This document shows positions 1 through 9,838 of a stretch of 64,000 bases of DNA, piece by piece (within the stretch, counting starts at the first letter, position 1; every line of letters begins with the position of its first letter). Both the position numbers and the translations under genes were made by a program. Origin of the DNA: Terriglobia bacterium (lineage in GTDB: Bacteria > Acidobacteriota > Terriglobia > Versatilivoradales > Versatilivoraceae); NCBI GenBank assembly GCA_963663845.2, contig OY760650.2, positions 3,149,509-3,213,508 on the forward strand. Direction: 5' to 3'. The notes below the pieces were generated by a model. That model was not told the origin of the DNA. It did no database searches and saw only the letters and a list, made by a program, of their open reading frames with translations.

Positions 1-14
1 CAGGGCGGTTGTGA

Positions 15-1355
15 ATGTCTCCCCTGTGCGTTATGTCTGCTCTAATGACAACCAGCGGGAGAAACGCCCCGGAACGGAATCGGCTCAGGCCCGAGGATCG
101 CACCGTTCACGACTGGTACCGTTTCGTGTTGTCCTTTCCGTCGCACCTCGTTCGCGACTACCTCGATGCGTTCCGTGTCGATTCCGGGCAGCGGGTCCTT
201 GATCCGTTCTGTGGCACCGGAACGACGTTGGTGGAGTGCAAGAAGCTAGGCATCCCCAGCGTCGGGATCGAGCGCAATCCGATGGCCGGATTCGCGAGCC
301 GCACAAAGCTGGATTGGGGCGTCGATCCCGACACGCTTGTCTCTCACGCCAGGGAAGTGGGCGCACAAGCGATCGACCTGCTTGAAAATCAAGGAATCAA
401 CGACTTCGGGACAGCGCCCCTGTTCCCGGCGAACGGCATCCCGATCAACGACCTCCAGACACTACCTCCCGACAAGCTGAGCCTGCTGCTGAAGAACTCG
501 ATCAGCCCGCTGCCGCTTCACAAGACGCTGCTGCTGCTCGACCTCCTCGATCAGAACCGAAACGACAGGTTCCGGTCTCATGAGCGACTGGCGCTCGCGG
601 CAGCGCTTGTCTCGGAAATCGGCAACCTCCATTTCGGTCCCGAGGTGGGGGTCAGAAGAATCCAAAAGGACGCTCCGGTGATCGGTCCATGGCTGAGTCA
701 CGTCACGACAATGGGTCGTGATCTTGGGATGTTGCGGGGAATGATCGAATCCGAAGCCACGGTCCATCTTGGGGACGCTCGCCGAATGGAGGATTTTCTG
801 GAGCCGTCCTCCATCGATGTCGTCATCACCTCTCCGCCGTATCCGAACGAGAAAGACTACACGCGGACGACTCGGCTCGAGAGTGTGCTGCTCGGCTTCG
901 TTGGGAACAAGCAGGATCTCCGTTGCTTGAAGCAGGGACTGGTCCGCTCCAATACGCGAAGCGTGTACAAGGCGGATGGCGACGATGCCCTGGTCAGGGA
1001 ACACGAAGGCATTCAGCGCATCGCCCGGCTCATCGAAGCACGCCGCCTCGAGCAGGGCAAGACATCGGGTTTCGAACGCCAGTACGCGAGAGTCACGAAG
1101 CTGTACTTCGGAGGGATGGTCCGGCACCTGGCGAGCCTCAGGAGTCGATTGCGTCCGGGCGCGAGGCTTGCGTACGTCGTCGGGGATCAAGCGTCCTACC
1201 TGAGGGTCATGATCAGGACCGGCCGACTCCTGGGCGACCTTGCTCAGAACCTCGGTTACGAGTTGGATGGAATCGACCTGTTCAGGACCAGAATCGCCAC
1301 GGCCAGTCGGCAGTACCTGCGTGAGGAGGTTGTCCGGCTCCGATGGGCGGGGTGA
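15..1355 (+). CDS. DNA methyltransferase (N6-adenine/N4-cytosine class; motif I, long insert, then motif IV)
   Basis: 446-aa ORF. AdoMet motif I 'VLDPFCGTGTTLVE' near the N-terminus and catalytic motif IV 'VITSPPYPNEKDY' about 200 aa later. Exact start uncertain (GTG at 15, in-frame ATGs shortly after). Confidence 0.8.
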   Translation: MSPLCVMSALMTTSGRNAPERNRLRPEDRTVHDWYRFVLSFPSHLVRDYLDAFRVDSGQRVLDPFCGTGTTLVECKKLGIPSVGIERNPMAGFASRTKLDWGVDPDTLVSHAREVGAQAIDLLENQGINDFGTAPLFPANGIPINDLQTLPPDKLSLLLKNSISPLPLHKTLLLLDLLDQNRNDRFRSHERLALAAALVSEIGNLHFGPEVGVRRIQKDAPVIGPWLSHVTTMGRDLGMLRGMIESEATVHLGDARRMEDFLEPSSIDVVITSPPYPNEKDYTRTTRLESVLLGFVGNKQDLRCLKQGLVRSNTRSVYKADGDDALVREHEGIQRIARLIEARRLEQGKTSGFERQYARVTKLYFGGMVRHLASLRSRLRPGARLAYVVGDQASYLRVMIRTGRLLGDLAQNLGYELDGIDLFRTRIATASRQYLREEVVRLRWAG

Positions 1356-1801
1356 TCCCGCTCGTTCGAGGCGGCGCTGATCGTCATGGCCAAGTCAAGG
1401 TACGCCGCGATTTCACGGGCATCACCTGCTACTCGTTGCAGAACCACCTGCGGACCTCGGTGCCCGACATCGGACAGGTTGAAACTGACGAGTTGTACGT
1501 GGGAGTCGATAAGAAGGGGCGCTAGTACGTCCTTCCCGTGCAGGCCAAGGGCGGACGCGACGAGTTGAACATCGTCCAGATCGAACAAGACATGGCGCTT
1601 TGCGAATCCAGGTTCCCGGATCTGATCTGCCTTCCGGTGGCGGCCCAATTCATGCGTGACCAAGTGATCGCACTTTTCTCGTTCGAGAGAACGGACGGCG
1701 AGGTAAAGATTCTGTCGGAGCGGCACTACAAGCTGGTGGAGACGAACGAACTCACACCTGAAGACTTGGCCGCGTATCGGCGGCGCGCGGACGCTGATTG
1801 A
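1343..1801 (+). pseudogene. 152-codon reading frame with one in-frame TAG; possible decayed restriction or nuclease partner of the methyltransferase
   Basis: Track ORFs 1343..1525 and 1538..1801 share one frame and are separated only by TAG at 1523-1525. ATG 1343 overlaps the methyltransferase stop (1353-1355). No recognised family. Confidence 0.4.
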
Positions 1802-2062
1802 GAGCGGGAGGCGCGTGTAATCCACTTTCAGTTGTAAAGGCGTCTGAGCACGCCGGTGCCGACGGGAATCTAGACAGCCGGGGTCGCGGATCGCCCGTTT
1901 CTGGCCTCAGGCCGCCATCAGCGCACCCACCCGCTTGACGTTGAGGGCCAGACACACCGGGCTATGGGAAATAAACGGGATGGTCAATCGCTACTGCCAT
2001 CGCAAGGACCGGCTTCCAATCCCTCCAAATTGTCCCTCCAAAATGCGAAATGGAGTAGCGAC

Positions 2063-3598
2063 ATGCGAAAGATCTTCTTATTGGTTTTGCTATTGGTTTT
2101 TCCCCTATACGGGGAGGGGCTTTCCCGACAGTCTCACCCTATTAGAGGAGGAGACCGGACTCCTTTTGGGAGTATGAAGTCTGTAGTACTGGTCAGCAAG
2201 GGAGATGGTAACGCTTGTACAGGAACGATTGTGCATCGAAATTGGATCCTTACCGCAGCCCATTGCAGCCTGAAATCCGACTTGATGGAGCCGTCTGGAA
2301 TTCGCTCCGTTACCTTTGGGTGGAAAACGTCTTATGAGGAAACAATATCCAGGATCGGTAGAGTCATCGCTCACCCCGAATACGAATCCCGGGACGGCCG
2401 CAGCTATCGATATGATGTTGCCTTGATTGAACTGCTAGATCCCGTCCCAGAGGGATTTGACCCCCTTCCCCTTATGTCGCGGGGACTAGAAGATGAAATG
2501 ATGCGGCCAGGGATGACAGGGATGATGGTAGGTCACGGGGTTATTCCCGGAGGGGAGTACATGACTTGGTTACACCAAGCCGAGGTTCCGGTTAAGTTGC
2601 CAGGGCCTTGCCGCTCGGATTGGGGAGGTTTACCAGAAATAGTTTTGGATAGCACCCTCTGCGCTGGAACGAGAATGAAGCGGTTAACTTCGGGAGATAG
2701 CGGAGGGCCTTTATTGATCTCTACTGGACGGAAACAATTTGTTCAGGCAGGGATTGCTTTTCGTTCTACCGGAGGTTTGGGTTCAGACGGGCTCCCTCGC
2801 CTCTTTGGCCTCTATACCCGGGCCTCCTCCATCTATGAATGGGTCCAATCTTACTTATCCTCTTCGCTTTCGGCTCCGGTGATTTTGACTCATGTATTCT
2901 CAGGGGACCTAAACGGCAATGATTCTTGGACCGAGGCAGTAATCACAAACCAAGGAGAGTCCCCTTGCTCCGTCAATTTGAAGTTTTCCCTAGGGACTGA
3001 AGAAGCCCCTCCAGTTTACTTCGATGAGATGATCTATCCCAAAAACCTTTTGTCCCTCTCCCTCCCTGCCTTTGCTACCCGATCCGTTAATATCACTTCG
3101 CCCAACAACGAATTTATCCACGGATCGCTTTATATTGAGTCCAATTGCTCTTTCTTAAACGTTCAGGGGAGGTATCTAATCCAGAACCGAAGAGAGGAGA
3201 TTCAGGAGGTTTTCTCCGTTAGCCCGCAAGCAGAGCAAGATTGGTTTAGCAGGGGAGGAGGATGCATATCCCTAGCCTCGAAGTTTGGGAATGGAAGAGA
3301 CGTTGGGCTAGCGTTCGTAACGGCTAAACCGGGAGACGTAGCTCCCCCGGGGACGATGCTAGAAGCTACGGCCTTTAACTGGGATGCCGTCTACGAAAGG
3401 AAGTTAGAAAGTGTTCCTGTTACGGGTCGGAAAACGGCTCTGAATCCCTGGAAGCTATCGGAGCCAAAACTTCTGCAGCTTTGCCTTACGGGCCCCAATT
3501 TGGGACACTCCTTCAAGCTAGCGATCATTGCCATAGGAGCTAAGGCTACTCGGGGGGGGGTTCAGTATTTCTCGGAGGATTTGATGCCGTATCGATAG
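2063..3598 (+). CDS. secreted trypsin-like serine protease (S1 family) with an unassigned ~250-aa C-terminal region
   Basis: Catalytic motifs 'LTAAHC', 'YDVALIEL' and 'GDSGGPL'. Signal-peptide-like 'MRKIFLLVLLLVFPLYGEG' from ATG 2063, preceded by GGAG. Local GC is clearly lower than the flanks. Confidence 0.8.
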   Translation: MRKIFLLVLLLVFPLYGEGLSRQSHPIRGGDRTPFGSMKSVVLVSKGDGNACTGTIVHRNWILTAAHCSLKSDLMEPSGIRSVTFGWKTSYEETISRIGRVIAHPEYESRDGRSYRYDVALIELLDPVPEGFDPLPLMSRGLEDEMMRPGMTGMMVGHGVIPGGEYMTWLHQAEVPVKLPGPCRSDWGGLPEIVLDSTLCAGTRMKRLTSGDSGGPLLISTGRKQFVQAGIAFRSTGGLGSDGLPRLFGLYTRASSIYEWVQSYLSSSLSAPVILTHVFSGDLNGNDSWTEAVITNQGESPCSVNLKFSLGTEEAPPVYFDEMIYPKNLLSLSLPAFATRSVNITSPNNEFIHGSLYIESNCSFLNVQGRYLIQNRREEIQEVFSVSPQAEQDWFSRGGGCISLASKFGNGRDVGLAFVTAKPGDVAPPGTMLEATAFNWDAVYERKLESVPVTGRKTALNPWKLSEPKLLQLCLTGPNLGHSFKLAIIAIGAKATRGGVQYFSEDLMPYR

Positions 3599-3673
3599 GA
3601 GAAGAGGGTTGATGAAGGATTTTCTCGTCCCCTGTATCATCTTATTGATCGCTGTTGTTCTGATCCACTACTT

Positions 3674-3943
3674 GACGACTTCCAGAACAAGCTCGCCTTC
3701 CTGGGAATCGAGTCTTCGCCGGCATTCGTTCGCGAGCCCGAGGGCAACGGCTGTATTGAACGTTTCTTCAGGATGCTCAAGGAGCAACTGCTGTGGGCCC
3801 GGCACTTCCAGGCCATACCCGAACTGGTCCGGGCATTAGAGGAGCTTCGCGCTCTCTACAACCAGCACTGGTTGATTGAGCGTTTGGGCTTCGAGCCTCC
3901 GGTTCAGGCAAGACAACGCCTTGCCTTGCAACCGGCGGCTTGA
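3674..3943 (+). pseudogene. C-terminal fragment of an rve (integrase-core) transposase, IS481/IS3-like
   Basis: The frame translates to '...DDFQNKLAFLGIESSPAFVREPEGNGCIERFFRMLKEQLLWARHF...YNQHWLIERLGFEPPVQARQ', typical of the end of an rve domain. The N-terminal ~250 aa are absent. Confidence 0.65.
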
Positions 3944-4028
3944 GTATGGTGCGTCTTAACCGTCCAATAAATCGGGGCCGGTAAATCCACTATTTGATAG
4001 AGGGGTACTTTCGCAGGCGATAGGAGGG

Positions 4029-4283
4029 TTGATGGAAGAAAAAGGAGAAGGATTCAGAGCAACCATTCAAACCTTAAGAGCGAGGCTTTCAACAGCAGCG
4101 AAAGGGCGAGGGGGTATGGCAACTTTAGCTCTGGTTGTTTTGGTTGCAGGGTTAGTAGTTCTTGTCTATTTACGTGTATCCCACGAAAACTCAGATAAGC
4201 TTACTGTCCCTATCTGGATTATCGGAATGGCCATCCTCTGGCTCGCATCAGATCTAGGCCGATGGCTGCGAGGAAAAGGTTAA
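4029..4283 (+). CDS. hypothetical small membrane protein
   Basis: 84-aa ORF with two hydrophobic stretches in a low-GC patch. No recognisable motif. Confidence 0.25.
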   Translation: MMEEKGEGFRATIQTLRARLSTAAKGRGGMATLALVVLVAGLVVLVYLRVSHENSDKLTVPIWIIGMAILWLASDLGRWLRGKG

Positions 4284-4301
4284 GGGCCTTCTTATTAAAT
4301 C

Positions 4302-4950
4302 TCAATACCGGAGCCTCTTCCCATCCATCCCCCGGGCTATAACCGCCATCCGTTCCATTACTCCGAGGGGACGAAGGATATGCCTTCCCTGGAATTCGTT
4401 GACGTAGCGCTGGAGATGCTTCCGGCTCCACTGGTGATAGGTTCCGTGATATCCCCGCTTTAGGAAAGCTCAGAAGGATTCAATCCCATTCGTATGAACC
4501 GATCCCCGGACGTACTCTCCCAGTTCGCGAGTGGCATATTCCCGGTTAGGATAGTCGGAATAACTCCGGTTTTGATCGGTGTAGACTTTAGCATTCCAAG
4601 TGCGTTCGCTCATCCAGGAGCCAATGGAGCCCCCCTTTCGTAGTATGCTGGACCACTTGAGCGCTGATCCGGTTAGTTCCTCGGTCTAAGACGCCTACAA
4701 CCGGGACCTTTCCCGTTGGCCCTCGCCCGGCTCGAGTCTTTTTCCGTCCGTGCCTGTTTCGCTCCTTTCCTCCAATATAGGTTTCATCTACCTCGACAGG
4801 ACCCTTGAATCCGGGAAGCTTCTCCTCTTCCCAAGCCTCCCGGATTCGATGCGCTAGGTACCAGGCGGTTTTTTTGCGTAATCCCGAGTTCACGATGTAG
4901 CCGCATCGAGGAGATCCCCTTAACCCCCGTTGTGATTGCGTAAGTAGCAA
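4302..4950 (-). pseudogene. IS1595-family (ISXO2-like) transposase pseudogene
   Basis: First half reads '...KTAWYLAHRIREAW...VEVDETYIGGKE...GRGPTGKVPVVGVLDR'. After a 1-nt frameshift near 4590 it continues 'VYTDQNRSYSDY...VHTNGIESF*AFLKRGYHGTYHQWSRKHLQRYVNEFQGRH'. TGA replaces the expected Trp codon at 4470-4472. The N-terminal Zn-ribbon part is missing, and the IS4-type element begins at 5032. Confidence 0.75.
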
Positions 4951-5176
4951 CGTCCTAAATCCGGCAACCGAGGTTCGATCCGTGCATAACGCTCCCTGTC
5001 TTCAGGGAGAAATCCTTTTTACAATCCCGGCCACTACTGTCCGGTTAAGCTTTCAAGACGTTGATGTAAACGATTTATTCTCATCAGGTTACGAGTGGAA
5101 ATGACTGTTTTCGACTTCAACGCGCCGCAGCATGTCAGCCATACTATCTCCACGTTCATGTGGAAAGGAGTGGCTG

Positions 5177-5297
5177 ATGTACACGGGACCAATGGTGTTC
5201 TCCCAGTTGATGGATTTTCTGCCCAGGCACGAGTTCAGCCAGTGCGTTCGCCGGTATCAAGGCAACTACCGGGTGCGCAAGTTTTCCTGCCTCGATC
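5177..5297 (+). pseudogene. N-terminal fragment of the IS-B copy 1 transposase
   Basis: 'MYTGPMVFSQLMDFLPRHEFSQCVRRYQGNYRVRKFSCLD' matches residues 1-40 of the intact copy. It is cut at 5297 by the IS-A insertion. Confidence 0.85.
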
Positions 5298-6962
5298 CAC
5301 TAGTGTCTCGCTTAGCGACGGACTCAGGGTTGTAATCAACTCATAATCAATAACATAGAGATGATTTGAGGTGGTGGCGACTTGACTCTACCTGAGGGTC
5401 GGGTCATTTTCGGTGGCCCCGCCACCTGCCAGCGGAATTGCCGGGCAAAGGCTGATTTCCTAGTCTATCCGGATGTACACTGGCAAAACTCTTTTTGCTC
5501 AAGTCATGAGCTTCCTTCCTTGGTCGACCTTCGCTCGGATCGTAGACCGTTACTCAGGGGACCGGCGAGTTCGCAGCCTGCCCTGCACTGAGCACTTCCG
5601 CGCTCTCGCCTTCGCCCAACTCACACTGCGGGAGAGCCTGCGTGACATCGAAACGTGCTTGGCGGCCCATCCCGCCAAACTCTACCATTCCGGCTTTTCG
5701 GCACCGGTGAGACGGGCGACCCTGGCCCGAGCCAACGAGCGTCGCGACTGGCGCATCCAGGCCGATTTTGCTCAGCGCCTCATCGCCCGCGCCCGAGGGC
5801 TCTATGCCGGCGAACCGCTCGCCGTGGAACTAGCCGATACCGTCTATGCCTTGGACTCCACCACGATCGATCTGTGCCTGTCGGTCTTCCCCTGGGCCAA
5901 CTTCCGAAGCACCAAGGCGGCTGTGAAGTTGCACACATTGCTGGATTTGCGCGGATCCATCCCCAGCTTCATGCACGTCTCCGACGGCAAGTTCCACGAC
6001 GTCAACGTGCTCGATATCCTCGCCCCGGAACCGGGAGCCATCTACGTCATGGACCGCGCCTACCTGGACTTCGAACGTCTCTACCTGATGCACCAAATCG
6101 GTGCCTTCTTCCTCACCCGGGCCAAGAAGAATCTTCGCGCCCACCGCGTCTACTCTGCCCGCAAGGACCGCGAGCGGGGGATTGTCGCTGACCAAACCAT
6201 CGCTCTCGATGGCCCTTTGAGCCAACGACGCTACCCCGCCCACCTGCGCCGCATCCGCTATCGGGACCCCGCCAGCGGCAAGACTCTGGTGTTCCTCACC
6301 AACCGCACCGACCTGGAGGCCCGCACCATCTGCAACCTCTACAAGAGCCGCTGGCAGGTCGAGTTGTTCTTCAAGTGGATCAAACAACACCTGAGGATCA
6401 AGCGCTTCTTCGGCACCTCGGAAAATGCCGTCACGTCGCAACTCTGGGCCGCCGTCTCCGTCTACGTGCTGGTCGCGACCCTTCGCAAGGAACTCAACAT
6501 CAAGACCCCACTCTACGCCATACTCCAGATCCTGTCGGTCCTGCCGTTTGAACAAGTCCCTCTCTATGAAGTGCTTACAACATCTGAATCCATCTCCGCA
6601 GACACGCCGCTCCCGGATCAACTGCCTCTGTTCTCCCCTTGACGCCACACCCCTTGCCTTTGACAACAGCCCGAACCGATGCCCAATCGCCGACAGTCCA
6701 GCCAAGCCAGCACTTTCCCAGCGGCTTGCCAATCGCCATCAATGCTCAAGCATGATCTGCTGTCTCAGCCGGTGTGTCCCCTTCTGCCCTTCGCAAGTCC
6801 CTTGCGATTCCTTGTTGTTCTACAAAAACCAACAGTTTCCGTTGGACCTGCCGGCCGTGCAAGTGCTTTAGAATCTATAACTTCTGAAATGCAAAACCAG
6901 ATCCAAGAACCGACTCTCACGTAAGTGCTTGATTCTGTTGGACTTTTAACGAGACACTAGTG
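5298..6962 (+). mobile_element. IS4-family element 'IS-A' (1665 bp) inserted inside IS-B copy 1
   Basis: 13-bp terminal inverted repeats CACTAGTGTCTCG (5298-5310, and reverse complement at 6950-6962). Perfect 9-bp direct duplication GCCTCGATC at 5289-5297 and 6963-6971. Removing the element plus one duplication restores the IS-B transposase frame. Confidence 0.9.
5473..6642 (+). CDS. IS4-family DDE transposase of IS-A
   Basis: 389 aa. N-terminus 'MYTGKTLFAQVMSFLPWSTF'. YREK signature 'YKSRWQVELFFKWIKQHLRIKRFFGTS'. Paralogous to the IS-B transposase but clearly distinct. Confidence 0.9.
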   Translation: MYTGKTLFAQVMSFLPWSTFARIVDRYSGDRRVRSLPCTEHFRALAFAQLTLRESLRDIETCLAAHPAKLYHSGFSAPVRRATLARANERRDWRIQADFAQRLIARARGLYAGEPLAVELADTVYALDSTTIDLCLSVFPWANFRSTKAAVKLHTLLDLRGSIPSFMHVSDGKFHDVNVLDILAPEPGAIYVMDRAYLDFERLYLMHQIGAFFLTRAKKNLRAHRVYSARKDRERGIVADQTIALDGPLSQRRYPAHLRRIRYRDPASGKTLVFLTNRTDLEARTICNLYKSRWQVELFFKWIKQHLRIKRFFGTSENAVTSQLWAAVSVYVLVATLRKELNIKTPLYAILQILSVLPFEQVPLYEVLTTSESISADTPLPDQLPLFSP

Positions 6963-6982
6963 GCCTCGATCAATTCCTGTGC

Positions 6983-8020
6983 ATGGTCTTCGCGCAACTC
7001 ACCTATCGGGAAAGTCTGCGCGACACCGAAACCTGTCTGCGCGCTGTCGGGTCGAAGCTCTATCATGTCGGCATCCGCGGCCGAGTCTCCCGAAGCACCT
7101 TGGCCGACGCCAACGAGAGCAGAGACTGGCGCATCTGGGCCGACTTCGCCCAGGTGCTGGTGGGCAGGGCCAGAAAACTCTATGCCGGAGAGGACTTCGG
7201 CCTCGCCTTGCAACAGAGTGCCTACGCCCTGGATTCCACCACCATCGATCTGTGTCTTTCGCTGTTCCCCTGGGCGCGATTCCGAAGACGCAAGGGGGCC
7301 GTCAAAGTACACACCCTGATGGACTTGCGTGGCAGTATCCCCTGTTTTATCCGCATCACAGCCGGGAACGTGCACGACGTCAATATCCTCGACGAACTGC
7401 TGTTGCAACCCGGCGCCTTCTACGTCATGGATCGCGCCTACATCGACTTCGCTCGTCTCCATGCCTTCACCCGGAGCTTGGCCTTCTTCGTGGTTCGCGC
7501 CAAAAGCAATCTCACCTGCCGCCGACTCGCTTACCGCCCAGTCGACAAGTCCACAGGTCTGCGCAGCGATCAGAGCATCCGCCTTCGAGGACCGAAAACG
7601 TCCCAAGCCTATCCCGATACGCTTCGCCGCATCAGTTACGTCGACCCCGATACCCGGAAGCGCCTAGTCTTCTTGACCAACAACTTTTCCCTTCCGGCCT
7701 TGACCATTGCCCACCTTTACAAGTGCCGCTGGCAGGTGGAGTTGTTCTTCAAATGGATCAAACAATACCTCAGGATCAAGGCCTTTTTCGGAACCTCCCA
7801 GAACGCCGTCAAGACCCAGATCTGGATCGCCATCAGTGTTTATCTGCTCGTGGCCATCCTCAAGAAGGAACTGAAAATCGACCGCAGCATGGGTGAAATC
7901 TTGCAAATTCTCAGCATCACCCTCTTTGAAAAAGTCCCTATGAATCAAGTACTTACGAGATTCCACTTGCAACAAAAAGAGTCCCAATCTTGTAAACAGT
8001 TGATATTGTTCGAGTTTTAA
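6983..8020 (+). pseudogene. C-terminal 345 aa of the IS-B copy 1 transposase
   Basis: Nearly identical to residues 45-389 of the intact IS-B transposase, with only a few substitutions. Separated from its N-terminus by IS-A. Confidence 0.9.
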
Positions 8021-8495
8021 CCGGACAGTACTGGAACCACCGAAATAACACGCATCAACGCATTGCACAAATCCCTATGGGAAGCCTCGGAACGCGAGGG
8101 AATTATTTCTAGCTGTCCTCTTTGGCATCAACCACGAACGGATGAACCTGCTTAGCTGAAATGGCGTCAAATGGGACACCCTTATTGTCACTTCACCCAC
8201 GGCACTGTCTCGGTTTTGTGCGTGAGCCTGTTGAAGTAGAGACCGCAATACCCGACCACTTTCAGCAGCATCAAATCCGCCAGCCAGATCGAAACTTCAA
8301 GCAGGTATTGCTGAAGCGATATGGGGAGGCCAAGTAGCATCTTGGCATTCTTAGGGTCGCCGATATGTAGCAGCCAGTTCTCGACATTTGCCAAAGGACG
8401 ATTGAGCGTTCCCTTTGCCTTCTCGTCTTCCAGTATCCTTCTCTGCTTCTCAGCCCACCACAATTCCGGGTATGTCTGGATAACGTATTCTCGAT

Positions 8496-9838
8496 CAGTA
8501 CTGTCCGGTTAAAACTCGAACAATATCAACTGTTTACAAGATTGGGACTCTTTTTGTTGCAAGTGGAATCTCGTAAGTACTTGATTCATAGGGACTTTTT
8601 CAAAGAGGGTGATGCTGAGAATTTGCAAGATTTCACCCATGCTGCGGTCGATTTTCAGTTCCTTCTTGAGGATGGCCACGAGCAGATAAACACTGATGGC
8701 GATCCAGATCTGGGTCTTGACGGCGTTCTGGGAGGTTCCGAAAAAGGCCTTGATCCTGAGGTATTGTTTGATCCATTTGAAGAACAACTCCACCTGCCAG
8801 CGGCACTTGTAAAGGTGGGCAATGGTCAAGGCCGGAAGGGAAAAGTTGTTGGTCAAGAAGACTAGGCGCTTCCGGGTATCGGGGTCGACGTAACTGATGC
8901 GGCGAAGCGTATCGGGATAGGCTTGGGACGTTTTCGGTCCTCGAAGGCGGATGCTCTGATCGCTGTGCAGACCTGTGGACTTGTCGACGGGGCGGTAAGC
9001 GAGCCGGCGGCAGGTGAGATTGCTTTTGGCACGGACCACGAAGAAGGCCAAACTGCGGGTGAAGGCATGGAGACGAGCGAAGTCGATGTAGGCGCGATCC
9101 ATGACGTAGAAGGCGCCGGGTTGCAACAGCAGTTCGTCGAGGATATTGACGTCGTGCACGTTCCCGGCTGTGATGCGGATAAAACAGGGGATACTGCCAC
9201 GCAAGTCCATCAGGGTGTGTACTTTGACGGCCCCCTTGCGTCTTCGGAATCGCGCCCAGGGGAACAGCGAAAGACACAGATCGATGGTGGTGGAATCCAG
9301 GGCGTAGGCACTCTGTTGCAAGGCGAGGCCGAAGTCCTCTCCGGCATAGAGTTTTCTGGCCCTGCCCACCAGCACCTGGGCGAAGTCGGCCCAGATGCGC
9401 CAGTCTCTGCTCTCGTTGGCGTCGGCCAAGGTGCTTCGGGAGACTCGGCCGCGGATGCCGGCATGATAGAGTTTCGACTCGACGGCGCGCAGACAGGTTT
9501 CGGTGTCGCGCAGACTCTCCCGATAGGTGAGTTGGGCGAAGACCATGCACAGGAATTGATCGAGGCAGGAAAACTTGCGCACCCGGTAGTTGCCTTGATA
9601 GCGACGAACGCACTGGTTGAACTCGTGCCTGGGCAGGAAATCCATCAACTGGGAAAACACCATTTGTCCTGTGTACATCAGCCACTCCTTTCCACTTGAA
9701 CTCGGAGAAAGTATGGCTGAAATCCTGCGAACTGCAATCCTGCGGCGCGTTGAAGTCGAAAACACTCATTGTCACTCGTAACCTGATGGAAATAAACCGG
9801 TTACATCAAAGTCTTGATAGCTTAACCGGACAGTACTG
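8496..9838 (-). mobile_element. IS4-family element 'IS-B', copy 2 (intact, 1343 bp), inverted relative to copy 1
   Basis: Perfect 17-bp terminal inverted repeats CAGTACTGTCCGGTTAA. Perfect 9-bp target duplication ATTCTCGAT at 8487-8495 and 9839-9847. Confidence 0.92.
8509..9678 (-). CDS. IS4-family DDE transposase of IS-B
   Basis: 389 aa counted from 'MYTGQMVFSQLMDFLPRHEF' (the track ORF extends to 9765). YREK signature 'YKCRWQVELFFKWIKQYLRIKAFFGTS'. Confidence 0.9.
   Translation of the reverse strand: MYTGQMVFSQLMDFLPRHEFNQCVRRYQGNYRVRKFSCLDQFLCMVFAQLTYRESLRDTETCLRAVESKLYHAGIRGRVSRSTLADANESRDWRIWADFAQVLVGRARKLYAGEDFGLALQQSAYALDSTTIDLCLSLFPWARFRRRKGAVKVHTLMDLRGSIPCFIRITAGNVHDVNILDELLLQPGAFYVMDRAYIDFARLHAFTRSLAFFVVRAKSNLTCRRLAYRPVDKSTGLHSDQSIRLRGPKTSQAYPDTLRRISYVDPDTRKRLVFLTNNFSLPALTIAHLYKCRWQVELFFKWIKQYLRIKAFFGTSQNAVKTQIWIAISVYLLVAILKKELKIDRSMGEILQILSITLFEKVPMNQVLTRFHLQQKESQSCKQLILFEF

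Larger units (their letters stand above)
5032..8033 (+). mobile_element. IS4-family element 'IS-B', copy 1, interrupted by insertion of a second IS
   Basis: Ends 'CACTACTGTCCGGTTAA' (5032-5048) and 'TTAACCGGACAGTACTG' (8017-8033) match the inverted repeats of the intact copy at 8496-9838. The 9-nt flanks differ (AATCCCGGC vs GAACCACCG), so there is no target-site duplication. Confidence 0.85.

Noticed and set aside
1256-1825. 189-aa minus-strand ORF overlapping the end of the methyltransferase gene.
   Set aside because: It overlaps the methyltransferase by 100 nt, has an Arg/Ser-rich tail and no motif. The plus-strand frame with a single TAG explains the region better.
1752-1960. A short minus-strand peptide '...LALNVKRVGALMAA*' reminiscent of the KRV.RLM motif of IS3-type transposases.
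   Set aside because: Only about 8 residues resemble the motif, a stop follows immediately, and no further transposase similarity appears in any frame.
4955-5000. 'GGTTCGATCC' string suggestive of a tRNA T-arm.
   Set aside because: The flanking bases do not form a T-stem, acceptor stem or anticodon arm. The region is the truncated 5' part of the IS1595 pseudogene.
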